Of a stretch of 64,000 nucleotides of DNA, positions 1 through 9,170 are shown in pieces. The notes beneath the pieces are model-generated. The model was given only the letters and a program-made list of their open reading frames with translations, ran no database searches and was not told where the DNA came from. Each line of letters begins with the position of its first letter. Positions within the stretch are counted from its first letter, which is position 1. The stretch lies in assembly GCA_963771355.1 (NCBI GenBank), contig CAVYTA010000006.1:1728001-1792000 (forward strand), written 5' to 3'. The position numbers were made by a program, and so were the translations under genes. This stretch comes from an uncultured Candidatus Rokubacteria bacterium. Its GTDB lineage: Bacteria > Methylomirabilota > Methylomirabilia > Rokubacteriales > CSP1-6.

Positions 1-114
1 TGGGGATCACTGATGGCGGGGGCGGTGCTGGCCAGCGTGCCGGTGGTGGTGGTCTACGTGCTCTTCCTCGACTACTACGTCACCGGTCTCACCGCCGGCG
101 CCGTGAAGGGCTAG
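1..114 (+). CDS. Carbohydrate ABC transporter permease, C-terminal fragment (partial)
   Basis: Frame 1 reads WGSLMAGAVLASVPVVVVYVLFLDYYVTGLTAGAVKG*, the typical MalG-like permease C-terminus; stop TAG at 112-114. Confidence 0.85.
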   Translation, partial: WGSLMAGAVLASVPVVVVYVLFLDYYVTGLTAGAVKG

Positions 115-149
115 CCGCTCACGCGGAGTCACCCCGCCGGGCGGGTCCG

Positions 150-201
150 TCACTCTCAATCACAAAGTACTTGACAGACGATAGCCCCGCCGGGCTATCC
201 T
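150..201 (+). promoter_or_regulatory. Putative promoter and operator of the wHTH-uppS operon
   Basis: TTGACA at 171-176 and TATCCT at 196-201 (19-bp spacer). 150-170 reverse-complements to GTACTTTGTGATTGAGAGTGA, matching the palindrome at 1260-1280. Inverted repeat GATAGCCC/GGGCTATC at 180-199. Confidence 0.55.
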
Positions 202-206
202 GGGCC

Positions 207-821
207 GTGACCTTCCTCTCCACGACGCCTGCCCCCCCGCCCGAGCCGCCCGCCCTCCACGACCGCGCCCTCGAGGACCTCCGCTTCATCCGCGCGACGA
301 TGGAGAACGCCTCCGCGTTCACCGCCTTCTCGGGGCCGGGTCTGGTGGCGATCGGCCTCATCGGCGGGACGGTGGGCCTGCTCGCCGCCCGCGAGCCGCG
401 GCCGCAGCGGTGGCTCGCGCTATGGCTCGGGGCCGCGGCGGCGTCGCTCGCCGTCGCCGCGCTGTCGACCCTGTGGAAGGCGCGCGCCGCCGGCCAGCCG
501 CTCGTGTCGGGACCCCTGAGGAAGTTCGGGCTGGCCCTCGCGCCGCCCGTCCTCGCCGGGGCCATCCTCACCGCGGTGCTCGGGCGCGCAGGGCTGTATG
601 CCTTGCTGCCGGGGCTCTGGCTGCTCCTCTACGGCACCGGGCTCGTGACCGGCGGGGCCTTCTCCGTCCGGATCGTCCCCCTGGTCGGGGCTGGATTCAT
701 GGTCCTCGGCGTCACCGCCCTGTTTCTCGCGCCGTCGTGGACCGCGGAGCTCATGATCGCGGGCTTCGGAGGACTGCACGTGACCTTCGGCCTGCTCGTC
801 GCGAGGCGGTACGGTGGCTGA
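207..821 (+). CDS. Conserved integral membrane protein (about 6 TM)
   Basis: Hydrophobic ORF with 'RALEDLRFIRATME' near the N-terminus and 'GFGGLHVTFG' near the C-terminus; overlaps the next gene. GTG 207 chosen as start (the ORF track starts at TTG 171). Confidence 0.75.
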   Translation: MTFLSTTPAPPPEPPALHDRALEDLRFIRATMENASAFTAFSGPGLVAIGLIGGTVGLLAAREPRPQRWLALWLGAAAASLAVAALSTLWKARAAGQPLVSGPLRKFGLALAPPVLAGAILTAVLGRAGLYALLPGLWLLLYGTGLVTGGAFSVRIVPLVGAGFMVLGVTALFLAPSWTAELMIAGFGGLHVTFGLLVARRYGG

Positions 822-1227
822 GTCGAATGCCGCACGGCGGGGGCGCGGGGCCGTCGAGGGTACCCCCGCTTCCCCGCGGAAGCGCGCGCCCGCCGCGGCG
901 GCGGCCGCGCGACCCGGTCGTGCCGGCGGTTCGCTCGATCACCTCATTCACCACCGGATGCGGCTGGGCATGGTGAGCGCGCTCGCCGCCGCCGAGACCC
1001 TCACCTTCAACGAGCTCAAGGCGGTGCTGGGCGCCACCGACGGCAACCTCAGCGTCCACGCGCGCAAGCTCGAGGAGGCCGGCTACGTGACGTGCACCAA
1101 GAGCTTCGACGGGCGGCGCCCCCGGACGGAGTATCGGTTGAGCCCGTCGGGACGCCGCGAGCTCGGCCGGTACGTCAACCACATGGAGGCCCTCATCCGC
1201 GTGACGCGCGACACCCTCGGACGCTGA
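814..1227 (+). CDS. Winged helix-turn-helix transcriptional regulator (HTH_34, MarR/ArsR-like)
   Basis: LDHLIHHRMRLGMVSAL...LTFNELK...TDGNLSVHARKLEEAGYV...KSFDGRRPRTEYRL pattern. Confidence 0.9.
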   Translation: MAESNAARRGRGAVEGTPASPRKRAPAAAAAARPGRAGGSLDHLIHHRMRLGMVSALAAAETLTFNELKAVLGATDGNLSVHARKLEEAGYVTCTKSFDGRRPRTEYRLSPSGRRELGRYVNHMEALIRVTRDTLGR

Positions 1228-1259
1228 GACTCCCGGGCCCGCCAAATTTTTTTGGAGGT

Positions 1260-1280
1260 GTACTTTGATATGAAAAGTAC
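1260..1280. promoter_or_regulatory. Palindromic operator overlapping the uppS start codon
   Basis: GTACTTT-gatatga-AAAGTAC is a perfect 7-7-7 inverted repeat, AT-rich in a high-GC background. Confidence 0.7.
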
Positions 1281-2013
1281 TTCTGATTCATGCGCGCCGG
1301 CGCCCTTCCACGTGGCGATCATCATGGACGGCAATGGTCGATGGGCCGCCGCGCGGGGCCTCGCGCGGGTCGAGGGGCACCGCCGTGGGGTCGCAGCGGT
1401 ACGGCGCGTCGTGCAGGCCGCGCCCGCCCTCGGGATCCACACGCTGACGCTCTACGCCTTCTCCGCCGACAACTGGAAGCGGCCGGGGCCCGAGGTCGGC
1501 CGCTTGATGGGTCTCTTCCTCGCCTATCTCCGGCGCGAGGCCCCCCGCCTGCGCGAGGAGGACGTGCGGCTCTCCGTGATCGGGCGCCGGGACCGGCTGC
1601 CCGGCGCGCTGCCCTCCGCCATCGCCGCCGTCGAGACGCTGACCGCGGGCGGACGCCGGCTCGAGCTCCGGATCGCCATCGACTACTCGGCTCGCGTCGC
1701 CATCCTGCGCGCGGCGGCGGGGCTCGGCGACGCCACCGCGGCGGGACGGCTGGAGTTCGAGCGTCGGCTCGCCGAGGCGGGTGGAGGTCCGCCCGACGTG
1801 GATCTCCTCGTCCGCACCGGCGGCGAGCAGCGCCTCAGCGATTTCCTCCTGTGGGAGAGCGCGTACGCGGAGCTCTACTTCACGCCGCGGATGTGGCCTG
1901 ACTTCGGCCCCGCCGATCTCGCGGAGGCCGTGCGGGCGTTCCGGGCCCGTGAGCGCCGCTTCGGCAGCCTCCCCGCCGCCGCTCCGGCCGCCGTCGGAGA
2001 GCTCGCGCGATGA
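1270..2013 (+). CDS. uppS: cis-prenyltransferase (undecaprenyl/decaprenyl diphosphate synthase)
   Basis: HVAIIMDGNGRWA, YAFSADNWKR and RTGGEQRLSDFLLWE motifs; RBS GGAGG before ATG 1270. Confidence 0.95.
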   Translation: MKSTSDSCAPAPFHVAIIMDGNGRWAAARGLARVEGHRRGVAAVRRVVQAAPALGIHTLTLYAFSADNWKRPGPEVGRLMGLFLAYLRREAPRLREEDVRLSVIGRRDRLPGALPSAIAAVETLTAGGRRLELRIAIDYSARVAILRAAAGLGDATAAGRLEFERRLAEAGGGPPDVDLLVRTGGEQRLSDFLLWESAYAELYFTPRMWPDFGPADLAEAVRAFRARERRFGSLPAAAPAAVGELAR

Positions 2014-3485
2014 CCTCCGTGCGCACTCTGTGGGCCGCCGCGCTCGTCTTCGCCACCCTCGGAACATGGCTCCTCTTCAAGGCTTCCATCGGCCTGAACT
2101 GGTCGCTCGTCTCACTCCTGTCGGCCCTGGGGCTCGGCCTGTTCCTGCGCCTGGGCGGACACCGTCCGTCGCCGGCGGTGGGAGCCCTGCTCGCCGGCGT
2201 GGCCGTTGCGGGCGGGGCGGCCGCGCTGACCGCCAACTCCGTCTTCCATGCGGGGGTGGCCCTCGCCGACCTGCTCCTCCTCTCCACGGCTCTCCTCCTC
2301 TCCACTGCCCCAGAACTCCCCTCCCTGGTCCGAGTCCCCCTCGTGGCGGTGGCCCGCGGCGTCGCGGAGGCAGTTCGGCGGTGCGGGGAGCTGCTCGACG
2401 CGCTCACCGCCGTCCGACACCGGGCGACCGTCAGGGGCAGCATCGCCGCGGGCGGCATCGTGGTGGTCTTCGGCTGGATCCTCGCGGGAGCCGATCCCGT
2501 TCTCGCGGCGATCCGCGACACCCTGCTCGAAGCCCTCGAGCGGGTCGATCTCGTCCCGCGCCTGGTGTTCTTCGTCGTCCTCGCGGTGGGAAGCCTCGGA
2601 GGCTTCGGGCTCGCGCTGCGCGAGACGGCCGCCGTGCTCGAGGCTCCCGCCCGGCCAGCGCCGCGCGCCCTCGCCACCGACACCGAGCGGCTCATCGTGC
2701 TGACCGCGGTGGTGGGACTCTTCGCCACCTTCCTGCTTCTGCAGCTCTCCTACCTCTTCGGCAATCCGCCCGCGCTTGCGGGCAGTGGCATCACGTTCGC
2801 GGAGTACGCCCGCCGGGGATTCGGCGAGCTGACGGTGGTGGTCACCCTCTCCACCCTGCTGGTCCTCGCGCTCGACCGGCATGCGCTCCGCGGCCCTCTC
2901 GACCGGCGGGTGCGACTGCTCGAGCTGGCGCTCGTCCTCGAGCTCGAGCTGCTCCTCGTGTCGGCCTTCCGCCGCGTTTGGCTATACGAGACGGCGTACG
3001 GATTCACGACCGCGCGCCTGTACGCGCAGACCTACATGATCGCCCTCGCCCCGCTTCTCTTGCTGCTCGCGCGCGACGCGCTCCGCGGTCGCCACGACGC
3101 GCGGCGCCTCGCCCGGCGCGCAGCGGTCGCGGCGCTCCTCGCCTTCTTCGCCCTCGTGTACGGCAACCACGAAGCGTGGATCGCGGAGTGGAATCTCGCT
3201 CGGCACCGCGCGACCGGCCAGCTGGACGTCCCCTACCTTGTGTGGTCGCTCTCGCTCGACGCGGTGCCCGTCCTCGTCCGGGCGCTCGAGGCCTTGCCGC
3301 CCAAGGAGCGGGAAGATCTCCGCCGCCGCCTGCACGAGCGCTACCGCGGGGAGCGGGGGCCCAAGGCGTGCCGGTGGTACGAGTGGAACTGGCGGGCGGG
3401 GCGGGCGGGGAGGGCGCTGGAGTCGACGGGCCTCGTCGGCCCCCTCCCGCCGCAGGCCCCGCCGCCCCGCTGCGTCACCTTCTAA
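2010..3485 (+). CDS. DUF4153/DUF4173-like polytopic membrane protein
   Basis: Many TM segments; 'TFAEYARRGFGEL', 'YETAYGFTTARLY' and 'LDVPYL..LSLDAVP' motifs; ATGA overlap with uppS. Confidence 0.8.
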   Translation: MTSVRTLWAAALVFATLGTWLLFKASIGLNWSLVSLLSALGLGLFLRLGGHRPSPAVGALLAGVAVAGGAAALTANSVFHAGVALADLLLLSTALLLSTAPELPSLVRVPLVAVARGVAEAVRRCGELLDALTAVRHRATVRGSIAAGGIVVVFGWILAGADPVLAAIRDTLLEALERVDLVPRLVFFVVLAVGSLGGFGLALRETAAVLEAPARPAPRALATDTERLIVLTAVVGLFATFLLLQLSYLFGNPPALAGSGITFAEYARRGFGELTVVVTLSTLLVLALDRHALRGPLDRRVRLLELALVLELELLLVSAFRRVWLYETAYGFTTARLYAQTYMIALAPLLLLLARDALRGRHDARRLARRAAVAALLAFFALVYGNHEAWIAEWNLARHRATGQLDVPYLVWSLSLDAVPVLVRALEALPPKEREDLRRRLHERYRGERGPKACRWYEWNWRAGRAGRALESTGLVGPLPPQAPPPRCVTF

Positions 3486-3510
3486 AGTGGGCGGGCGGAC
3501 TCGGCGCCGA

Positions 3511-4020
3511 TCAGCCGCTCTCGGCGAGCGCGAGGAGCTCACGCGGCCGGAAGTGATAGAGCAGCGTGCCCGCTCCCGCGACGGGACGCCCCTTGAAGTC
3601 CAGCCCCGCCACTCCGCTCTTCCGCATCTCGATCCGCACCGGGCCCCCGCGCGAGATGAGGGCGGCCTCCGCCTCGGACAGGAAGGGCTCGTGCCCGACG
3701 CACAGCACGGCGGCGTCCGCGGGGAGCCGGGCGAGGGCGGCAAGAAGATCGGCAAGCGTGGCACGGTCGCCCAGCGCGGGAGTTTCCTCGATGGCGGGGG
3801 CGCCGCCGTACACCGCGGCAATGATGTCGGCCGTCTGGCGGGCGCGCACGAGGGGGCTCGAGAGCAGCCGATCGAAGCGCACGCCCATGCGCCGGAGCGC
3901 GTCGGCCACCACCGCGTGCTTGCGCCGGCCCTTGTCGGAGAGCGGCCGCTGGCGATCGTCGGGCCACCGGCGGGGATCCGCCTCGCCGGCATGAGCATGA
4001 CGCATGAGGATGAGCCTCAT
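3511..4020 (-). CDS. sixA: Phosphohistidine phosphatase SixA
   Basis: LILMRHAHA, RPLSDKG, SSPLVRARQTA and VGHEP motifs. Confidence 0.9.
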   Translation of the reverse strand: MRLILMRHAHAGEADPRRWPDDRQRPLSDKGRRKHAVVADALRRMGVRFDRLLSSPLVRARQTADIIAAVYGGAPAIEETPALGDRATLADLLAALARLPADAAVLCVGHEPFLSEAEAALISRGGPVRIEMRKSGVAGLDFKGRPVAGAGTLLYHFRPRELLALAESG

Positions 4021-4167
4021 CGGCGCGGCGCCTCCATCCGGGAAAGGTGAACGGCGGGCCCGCGGCGCGGTGACCCCGGGCGAACGCGACGCTACTATCG
4101 GGGCGCCGCGCTGTCAACCAATGGCGGCCTCGCCGCCGGGGCGGAGCGTGGGTGTTATGCTGCGGCG

Positions 4168-4545
4168 ATGCGATCGCGCTGGCTGCTCATCATCTTCGGC
4201 CCGGCGCTGTTCATGCTCCTGGGCAGTCTGGCGGCGATGGTGTTCCTCCCACACCCGGTACCCCGCACCGCCACCCCCGCCCAGCGCCTGTACCTTTCCA
4301 ACTGCGCCACCTGTCACGGCGCCCGCGGCGACGGGTCCTGGCGGGCGACCGTCTTCCTCATGCGGCCCGGCGATCTCACCGACGCGCGCAGGATGGACGC
4401 GCTCAGCGACGAGTACCTCTACACCCTGATCAAGAACGGGGGCGCCGCCTTGGGCAAGCCCGGCATGCCCGCGTTCGGCTATCACTTGAGCGACGAGCAG
4501 ATCCGCGAGCTGATCCGCTATCTCCGGACGCTGCCGCGGCGTTGA
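4168..4545 (+). CDS. Membrane-anchored monoheme cytochrome c
   Basis: N-terminal TM helix, CATCH heme motif, distal Met in GMPAF. Confidence 0.9.
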   Translation: MRSRWLLIIFGPALFMLLGSLAAMVFLPHPVPRTATPAQRLYLSNCATCHGARGDGSWRATVFLMRPGDLTDARRMDALSDEYLYTLIKNGGAALGKPGMPAFGYHLSDEQIRELIRYLRTLPRR

Positions 4546-4585
4546 ACCTGGACTCCACGGCCGCCATCTGGTAGAAACGGAGCCA

Positions 4586-6178
4586 ATGCGCCGAGCCGCT
4601 GGCCCCCGTCCCGCCGGCCGCTTCACCCTGGTCGTCGCGCTCGGGACGGCATTGCTGCTCGCGCTCACCTCCCCGGCGCGCGCCCAGCAAAGTGAAGCCG
4701 ACGTCTTCGTCGCCCAGGCCATTCTCGCGTACGAGGACCGCCGCTACGACGAAGCCCTTGCCTTCCTCCGCCAGGCCCTCGCCCAGGACCCCGACAACCT
4801 GGACGCGCTCTACTACACCGGCCTCACCCTGTTCGCCCAGCGCAAACCTGCGGAGGCGGTGGTCCCTCTGGAACGGGCGCGCCGGCGGGCCCCCAACGAC
4901 CTCGCCCTCCTCTACCAGCTCGGCGTGGCCTATTTCTCGCTGAAGGACTACGACCGCGCGGAGGAGCCGCTCACCACCGTCTTCCGCGCGCAGCCCCAGG
5001 CGGACGGAGTGGGGTACTACGTGGGCTTCATGCGCTACCGGAAGCGCGACTACCGGGGCGCGCTGGAGGCGCTGCGCGCGGGGGCGTCCGACGATCCCGA
5101 CATCCAGCAGCTCTCCCGCTTCTACGCGGGGCTCTCGCTCGCCGCCCTCGGAGAGCGCGATGCCGCGGTGGCCGAGGTGCAGGAGGCGCTGCGCATACAA
5201 TCCACCTCCGCGCTGGCCGGCCCCGCCGAGCGCCTGCGCGACACCGTGCTCGCGCCTCGCCGGCGCGACCAGCGGCTGCAGGTCGAGCTCCGCGCCGGCC
5301 TGACCTATGACACCAACGTGATGGTGCTCCCCAACCCCAGCCACGACCCCATCGCGGAGGCGACGCGGGAGAGGCGGGACGAGCAGTCGAGCTTGGGCGA
5401 GCTCTTCAGCGCGCGGTTCGAGTACACCTTTCTTCGCACCGGCCCCTGGGAAGCCAGCGTCGGGTACCAGTTCTTCCAGCTCATCTACAACGATCTGCCG
5501 AGCTTCAATATCCAGAGCCACCTGGGCACCGTGGCCGGCTCCTATACCGGTAAGGTCGGCGACATGCCCTGGCAAGCGGCGGTGTCCTACGCCTACGACT
5601 ACACGACGCTCGACGACGACGAGTTCCTCCAGCGGCATACCGTGGGGCTGGTCGGGGTCCTGGTGGAGGGGCCGGTGAACCTCACCGCGCTGCAGTTCCG
5701 CTACCAGCACAAGGATTTCTCCAACAAGGGCACCCTCCTGGCCTCCGACGTCCGCGACGCCAACAACTGGATGGGGGGGGTGCTTCACGTCTTTCGCTTT
5801 GCGGGCGACCGGCACCTGGTACGGGTGGGCTATCAGCTCGACGCGGAGTACGCGACGGGACTGCCTTTCAACTATCTGGGCCATCGGGCCATCGTGGGCG
5901 GCCAGTACACCCTGCCCTGGTGGGGCACCCGCCTCCGCTACGACTTCGACGTCCACTTCCGGGACTACCAGCACTTCAGCGCGATCTTCCCCACGAACTC
6001 GCCCACCAAGAAAGAGCGCGCGGACGTGGAGCAGACTCACGTCGTGCGCATCGAGCAGCCGCTGCCGGCGGGCTTCACGCTCGCTGCGGAATATCAGGGA
6101 ATCATCGCGAAGTCGAACCTGCCCATCTTCAGCTACAACCGCAGCGTGCTTTCGCTGATCCTGTCCTGGCAGTACTAG
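4586..6178 (+). CDS. TPR-repeat plus outer-membrane beta-barrel protein (Slam/DUF560-like)
   Basis: Signal peptide (ARA-QQ), about 5 TPR-like repeats, then alternating Tyr-rich beta-strands ending ...LSLILSWQY. Confidence 0.7.
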   Translation: MRRAAGPRPAGRFTLVVALGTALLLALTSPARAQQSEADVFVAQAILAYEDRRYDEALAFLRQALAQDPDNLDALYYTGLTLFAQRKPAEAVVPLERARRRAPNDLALLYQLGVAYFSLKDYDRAEEPLTTVFRAQPQADGVGYYVGFMRYRKRDYRGALEALRAGASDDPDIQQLSRFYAGLSLAALGERDAAVAEVQEALRIQSTSALAGPAERLRDTVLAPRRRDQRLQVELRAGLTYDTNVMVLPNPSHDPIAEATRERRDEQSSLGELFSARFEYTFLRTGPWEASVGYQFFQLIYNDLPSFNIQSHLGTVAGSYTGKVGDMPWQAAVSYAYDYTTLDDDEFLQRHTVGLVGVLVEGPVNLTALQFRYQHKDFSNKGTLLASDVRDANNWMGGVLHVFRFAGDRHLVRVGYQLDAEYATGLPFNYLGHRAIVGGQYTLPWWGTRLRYDFDVHFRDYQHFSAIFPTNSPTKKERADVEQTHVVRIEQPLPAGFTLAAEYQGIIAKSNLPIFSYNRSVLSLILSWQY

Positions 6179-6234
6179 CGCCACGTCGTACCACAGCTCA
6201 CGCCGGACGGCCGTGCGCACGACGCCCTCCCGCG

Positions 6235-6570
6235 CTACTGGATCTTCTGGATGTCGACGAGGAGGAGCCGGTCGGCGGTGGTCCGGACGGTGAGACGCAC
6301 CCGATCGCCGGGTTTGAGCTGGGCGCGGTCGATCAGCTCCTTGGACTCCGCCATGAACACCATGGAATTCATCTCGTCCATGACCCCGGGGATGCGCTCG
6401 TGGCGCACGGAGATCATGAGGTCGGTGAGGCGAATCTCGTGGACGCCGCTGACGCGGTGGAGGCCCTGCCCCGGGAACGCCGCCCGGTAGGCACCCCAGA
6501 TGCCCGCCGCGAAGGCGGCGAGGAGCACGACGAAGAGGAGGGGGGCGACCCAGCCGCGCACCTGCGCCAT
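6235..6570 (-). CDS. CusF-like copper/silver-binding protein with membrane anchor
   Basis: HERIPGVMDEMNSMVF and LKPGDRVRLTV resemble the CusF metal site and OB fold; start ATG 6570 (or GTG 6606). Confidence 0.7.
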   Translation of the reverse strand: MAQVRGWVAPLLFVVLLAAFAAGIWGAYRAAFPGQGLHRVSGVHEIRLTDLMISVRHERIPGVMDEMNSMVFMAESKELIDRAQLKPGDRVRLTVRTTADRLLLVDIQKIQ

Positions 6571-6687
6571 CGCTATCGTTCCCGCGGTCGCCCGGTCCTC
6601 GCGCACGATCCCGGGGACCGCCGCGGGAGCAGCGGCGGAGCGGCCGCCGGCACGGGTCCCATGCGGCGGCGGCGTGCCGCCGGGCCG

Positions 6688-7071
6688 CTAGTACTCGAGG
6701 TCGCTCTTGGGCTGGATCTTCCCGGACAGGTGCTCGGCGGTGAGAATCCAGTCGCCGCCGCACCCTTCGTTGAATACCCACTTGGCGTGCTGATAGGCGC
6801 TGCCGAAGGTGACCAGGAGGACGCCGACGCTCGCGACGACGCCGGCCGTGCAGATGATGACCTTGCCGGGCACGTAGATGACGTTCATCATGCCCGCCGC
6901 CACCGCGTCGCCCCCCGTGGGCTCCACGGAGCCTGACGGCGGCTCGCTCAGAATCGAGCTCTGCGACTGCTGCATGGGACCCTGCGCGCCGGCGGTCCAG
7001 CTCGCGAACGGCCCGGCGAGGACCACGGTGAAGGCTACGAGCGCGCACAGCGAGCGGGGGAAGATCGTCAT
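6688..7071 (-). CDS. Hypothetical exported/membrane protein
   Basis: Signal-peptide-like N-terminus, hydrophobic core with two Cys, RBS GGAGG upstream. Confidence 0.65.
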   Translation of the reverse strand: MTIFPRSLCALVAFTVVLAGPFASWTAGAQGPMQQSQSSILSEPPSGSVEPTGGDAVAAGMMNVIYVPGKVIICTAGVVASVGVLLVTFGSAYQHAKWVFNEGCGGDWILTAEHLSGKIQPKSDLEY

Positions 7072-7318
7072 GAATTTGCCCTCCTGGAACTATGGTAGCA
7101 AAGCAAATGACGCTATCACAAGACATCCGGACGGCCCGGCGACGCCCACAGCCCCTAGAGGCGTGGCACGGATACCACACAGGATGCAGCCACCCCCCAA
7201 CCGCCCCCCCCAACCGCCCTCGAGGTGCGGACACCCCGCCCCGGTGCTAGAATCCCGGTCGGATGGCCCGCAACGGCCGCCTGAAGGACACACGCCTGAT
7301 CGATAAAGGAGCACGCCT

Positions 7319-8248
7319 ATGAAGATCGTCCGGTTCTCACAGAATGGGCACGCGCCCCGGCTAGGCTGCTTCGTGGACGGAGACCGCGTGATGGATCTCG
7401 CCGCCAGCGGGGCCGCCTATCTCGGCTCCCGCGGGGTCGTACGCGCGGAAGCCATCGCAGACGCGCACTTCCCGCAGAGTACGCGCGGATTCCTGGAGGG
7501 CGGCGCCGCCAGTCAGGACATGCTGGTGGCGATGCTCGATGCCTCCAAGGGCGGTAAGTTCGCCGCCATCACGCACCCCGCGGGCGCGGTGCGGCTGCAC
7601 GCCCCCATCAACGACCCCGGCAAGTTCATCTGCATCGGGCTCAATTACAAGGACCATGCCGCGGAGACCAACAACCCCGCCCCCAAGCAGCCACCGGTGT
7701 TCCCCAAGTGGGCCAACACCATCATCGATCCGGGCGAGCCCATCCTGCGGCCCCGGGGCGAGAAGACCCTGGACTGGGAGGTGGAGCTGGGGGTGGTGAT
7801 CGGACGCACCGCGCGCTTCGTCTCCCAGGACAAGGCGCTCGACTACGTCTACGGCTACACCATCGTCAACGACGCCAGCGCTCGGGACTTCCAGTTCCAC
7901 ACCACGCAATGGGGCGCGGGCAAGGTGGGCGACACCCTGGCGCCGGTGGGCCCATACATCGCCGACCGCGCGGAGATCCCGGATCCCCACGTCCTCGACC
8001 TCAAGACCTGGGTCAACGGCTCGCTGATGCAGAACGGGAACACCCGGAACTTCATCTTCGACGTGCGCTACGTGATCATGTACCTGACGAGCATCATGAC
8101 GCTGGCGCCGGGGGACCTCATCGCCACCGGCACCCCGGCCGGGGTGGGCTTCTCGCGCAAGCCGCAGGTCACGCTGCAACCCGGCGACACCGTGAAGCTG
8201 GAGATCACCGGCCTCGGCACGCTCGAGAATCCCGTCAAGGACGCGTAG
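7319..8248 (+). CDS. Fumarylacetoacetate hydrolase family protein
   Basis: KFICIGLNYKDH, LDWEVELGVVIG, NDASARDFQ and GDLIATGTPAGVG motifs; RBS AAGGAG. Confidence 0.93.
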   Translation: MKIVRFSQNGHAPRLGCFVDGDRVMDLAASGAAYLGSRGVVRAEAIADAHFPQSTRGFLEGGAASQDMLVAMLDASKGGKFAAITHPAGAVRLHAPINDPGKFICIGLNYKDHAAETNNPAPKQPPVFPKWANTIIDPGEPILRPRGEKTLDWEVELGVVIGRTARFVSQDKALDYVYGYTIVNDASARDFQFHTTQWGAGKVGDTLAPVGPYIADRAEIPDPHVLDLKTWVNGSLMQNGNTRNFIFDVRYVIMYLTSIMTLAPGDLIATGTPAGVGFSRKPQVTLQPGDTVKLEITGLGTLENPVKDA

Positions 8249-8258
8249 GAGGTCCGCC

Positions 8259-9170
8259 ATGGCGGTCAAGGCGCTCCTCCATTACGCCCTCGAGGTGCCG
8301 GATCAGTCCGTGGGCCAGCGCTACTACCGCGACTTCGGGCTCACCGAGACGGTCGGCGGCAATGTGGTACGGCTGCGGGCGCCGCGGCAGCAGCACGACA
8401 ACGTGCTGCTCTACGAGGGCCCGCGCAAGCGCCTCCATCACCTCTGTTTCGGCGCGCCGGGCGGCGCCTTCGCGGAGACCCGCGAGGCCATGCGGCGCGC
8501 CGGCGTGGCGGAGGTCACTCCCCCGCGCGGGGTCCCCGAGGGCGGGATCTGGCTCCGCGATCCAGACGACCACCTCGTCAATATCCGCGACGAGGCGGCT
8601 CCCGCCGAGCCGGTGGATCCGCCGCTCACCCTCAACGGGCCTGGCTACGCGGCGCGGGTGGCGGTGCGCGGAGCGCCGGAGCGGACCGCCGGGGTCGCGC
8701 CGCGGCGGCTCGGTCATGTGCTGCTGTTCACCCCCGACATGCCGCGCCAGATGGACTTCTACACGCGGGTGCTGGGGATGCGTCTCTCCGATCGCTCGGG
8801 CGACGTGATCTCCTTCCTCCGCTGCACCCCCGATCATCACAACCTGGCCTTCCTCACCTCTCACGCCCCCGGCTTTCATCATGGGTCCTTCCAGGTGGGG
8901 AGCGTGGACGAGATCGGAATGGGCGCGGGGCAGATGGTCGACCGCGGTTGGCAGCCCGGCTGGGGCTTCGGCCGTCACGTCATCGGCTCGAACTTCTTCT
9001 ACTACATCCGCGATCCGTGGGGGAGCTTCGCCGAGTACTTCTTCGACCTCGACGTGATCCCGGAGGACTGCGCGTGGGAGCCGCGGGACTGGCCGGGCGA
9101 GGATTCGCTGTACAGCTGGGGCCCGCCGGTGCCGCCCGATTTCGCCGAGAACAAGGAAGGGGCCGCGTGA
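8259..9170 (+). CDS. VOC-family two-domain extradiol dioxygenase-like protein
   Basis: RRLGHVLL, DHHNLAF, GFHHGSF and GRHVIGSNFFYYIRDPWGSFAEY motifs. Confidence 0.85.
   Translation: MAVKALLHYALEVPDQSVGQRYYRDFGLTETVGGNVVRLRAPRQQHDNVLLYEGPRKRLHHLCFGAPGGAFAETREAMRRAGVAEVTPPRGVPEGGIWLRDPDDHLVNIRDEAAPAEPVDPPLTLNGPGYAARVAVRGAPERTAGVAPRRLGHVLLFTPDMPRQMDFYTRVLGMRLSDRSGDVISFLRCTPDHHNLAFLTSHAPGFHHGSFQVGSVDEIGMGAGQMVDRGWQPGWGFGRHVIGSNFFYYIRDPWGSFAEYFFDLDVIPEDCAWEPRDWPGEDSLYSWGPPVPPDFAENKEGAA

Noticed and set aside
4430..7234. Very long antisense or alternative-frame ORFs (934 aa here; also 27333-29780, 21153-23342 and others)
   Set aside because: They overlap motif-supported genes, have Arg/Gly/Pro-rich non-globular composition, and are expected in high-GC DNA.
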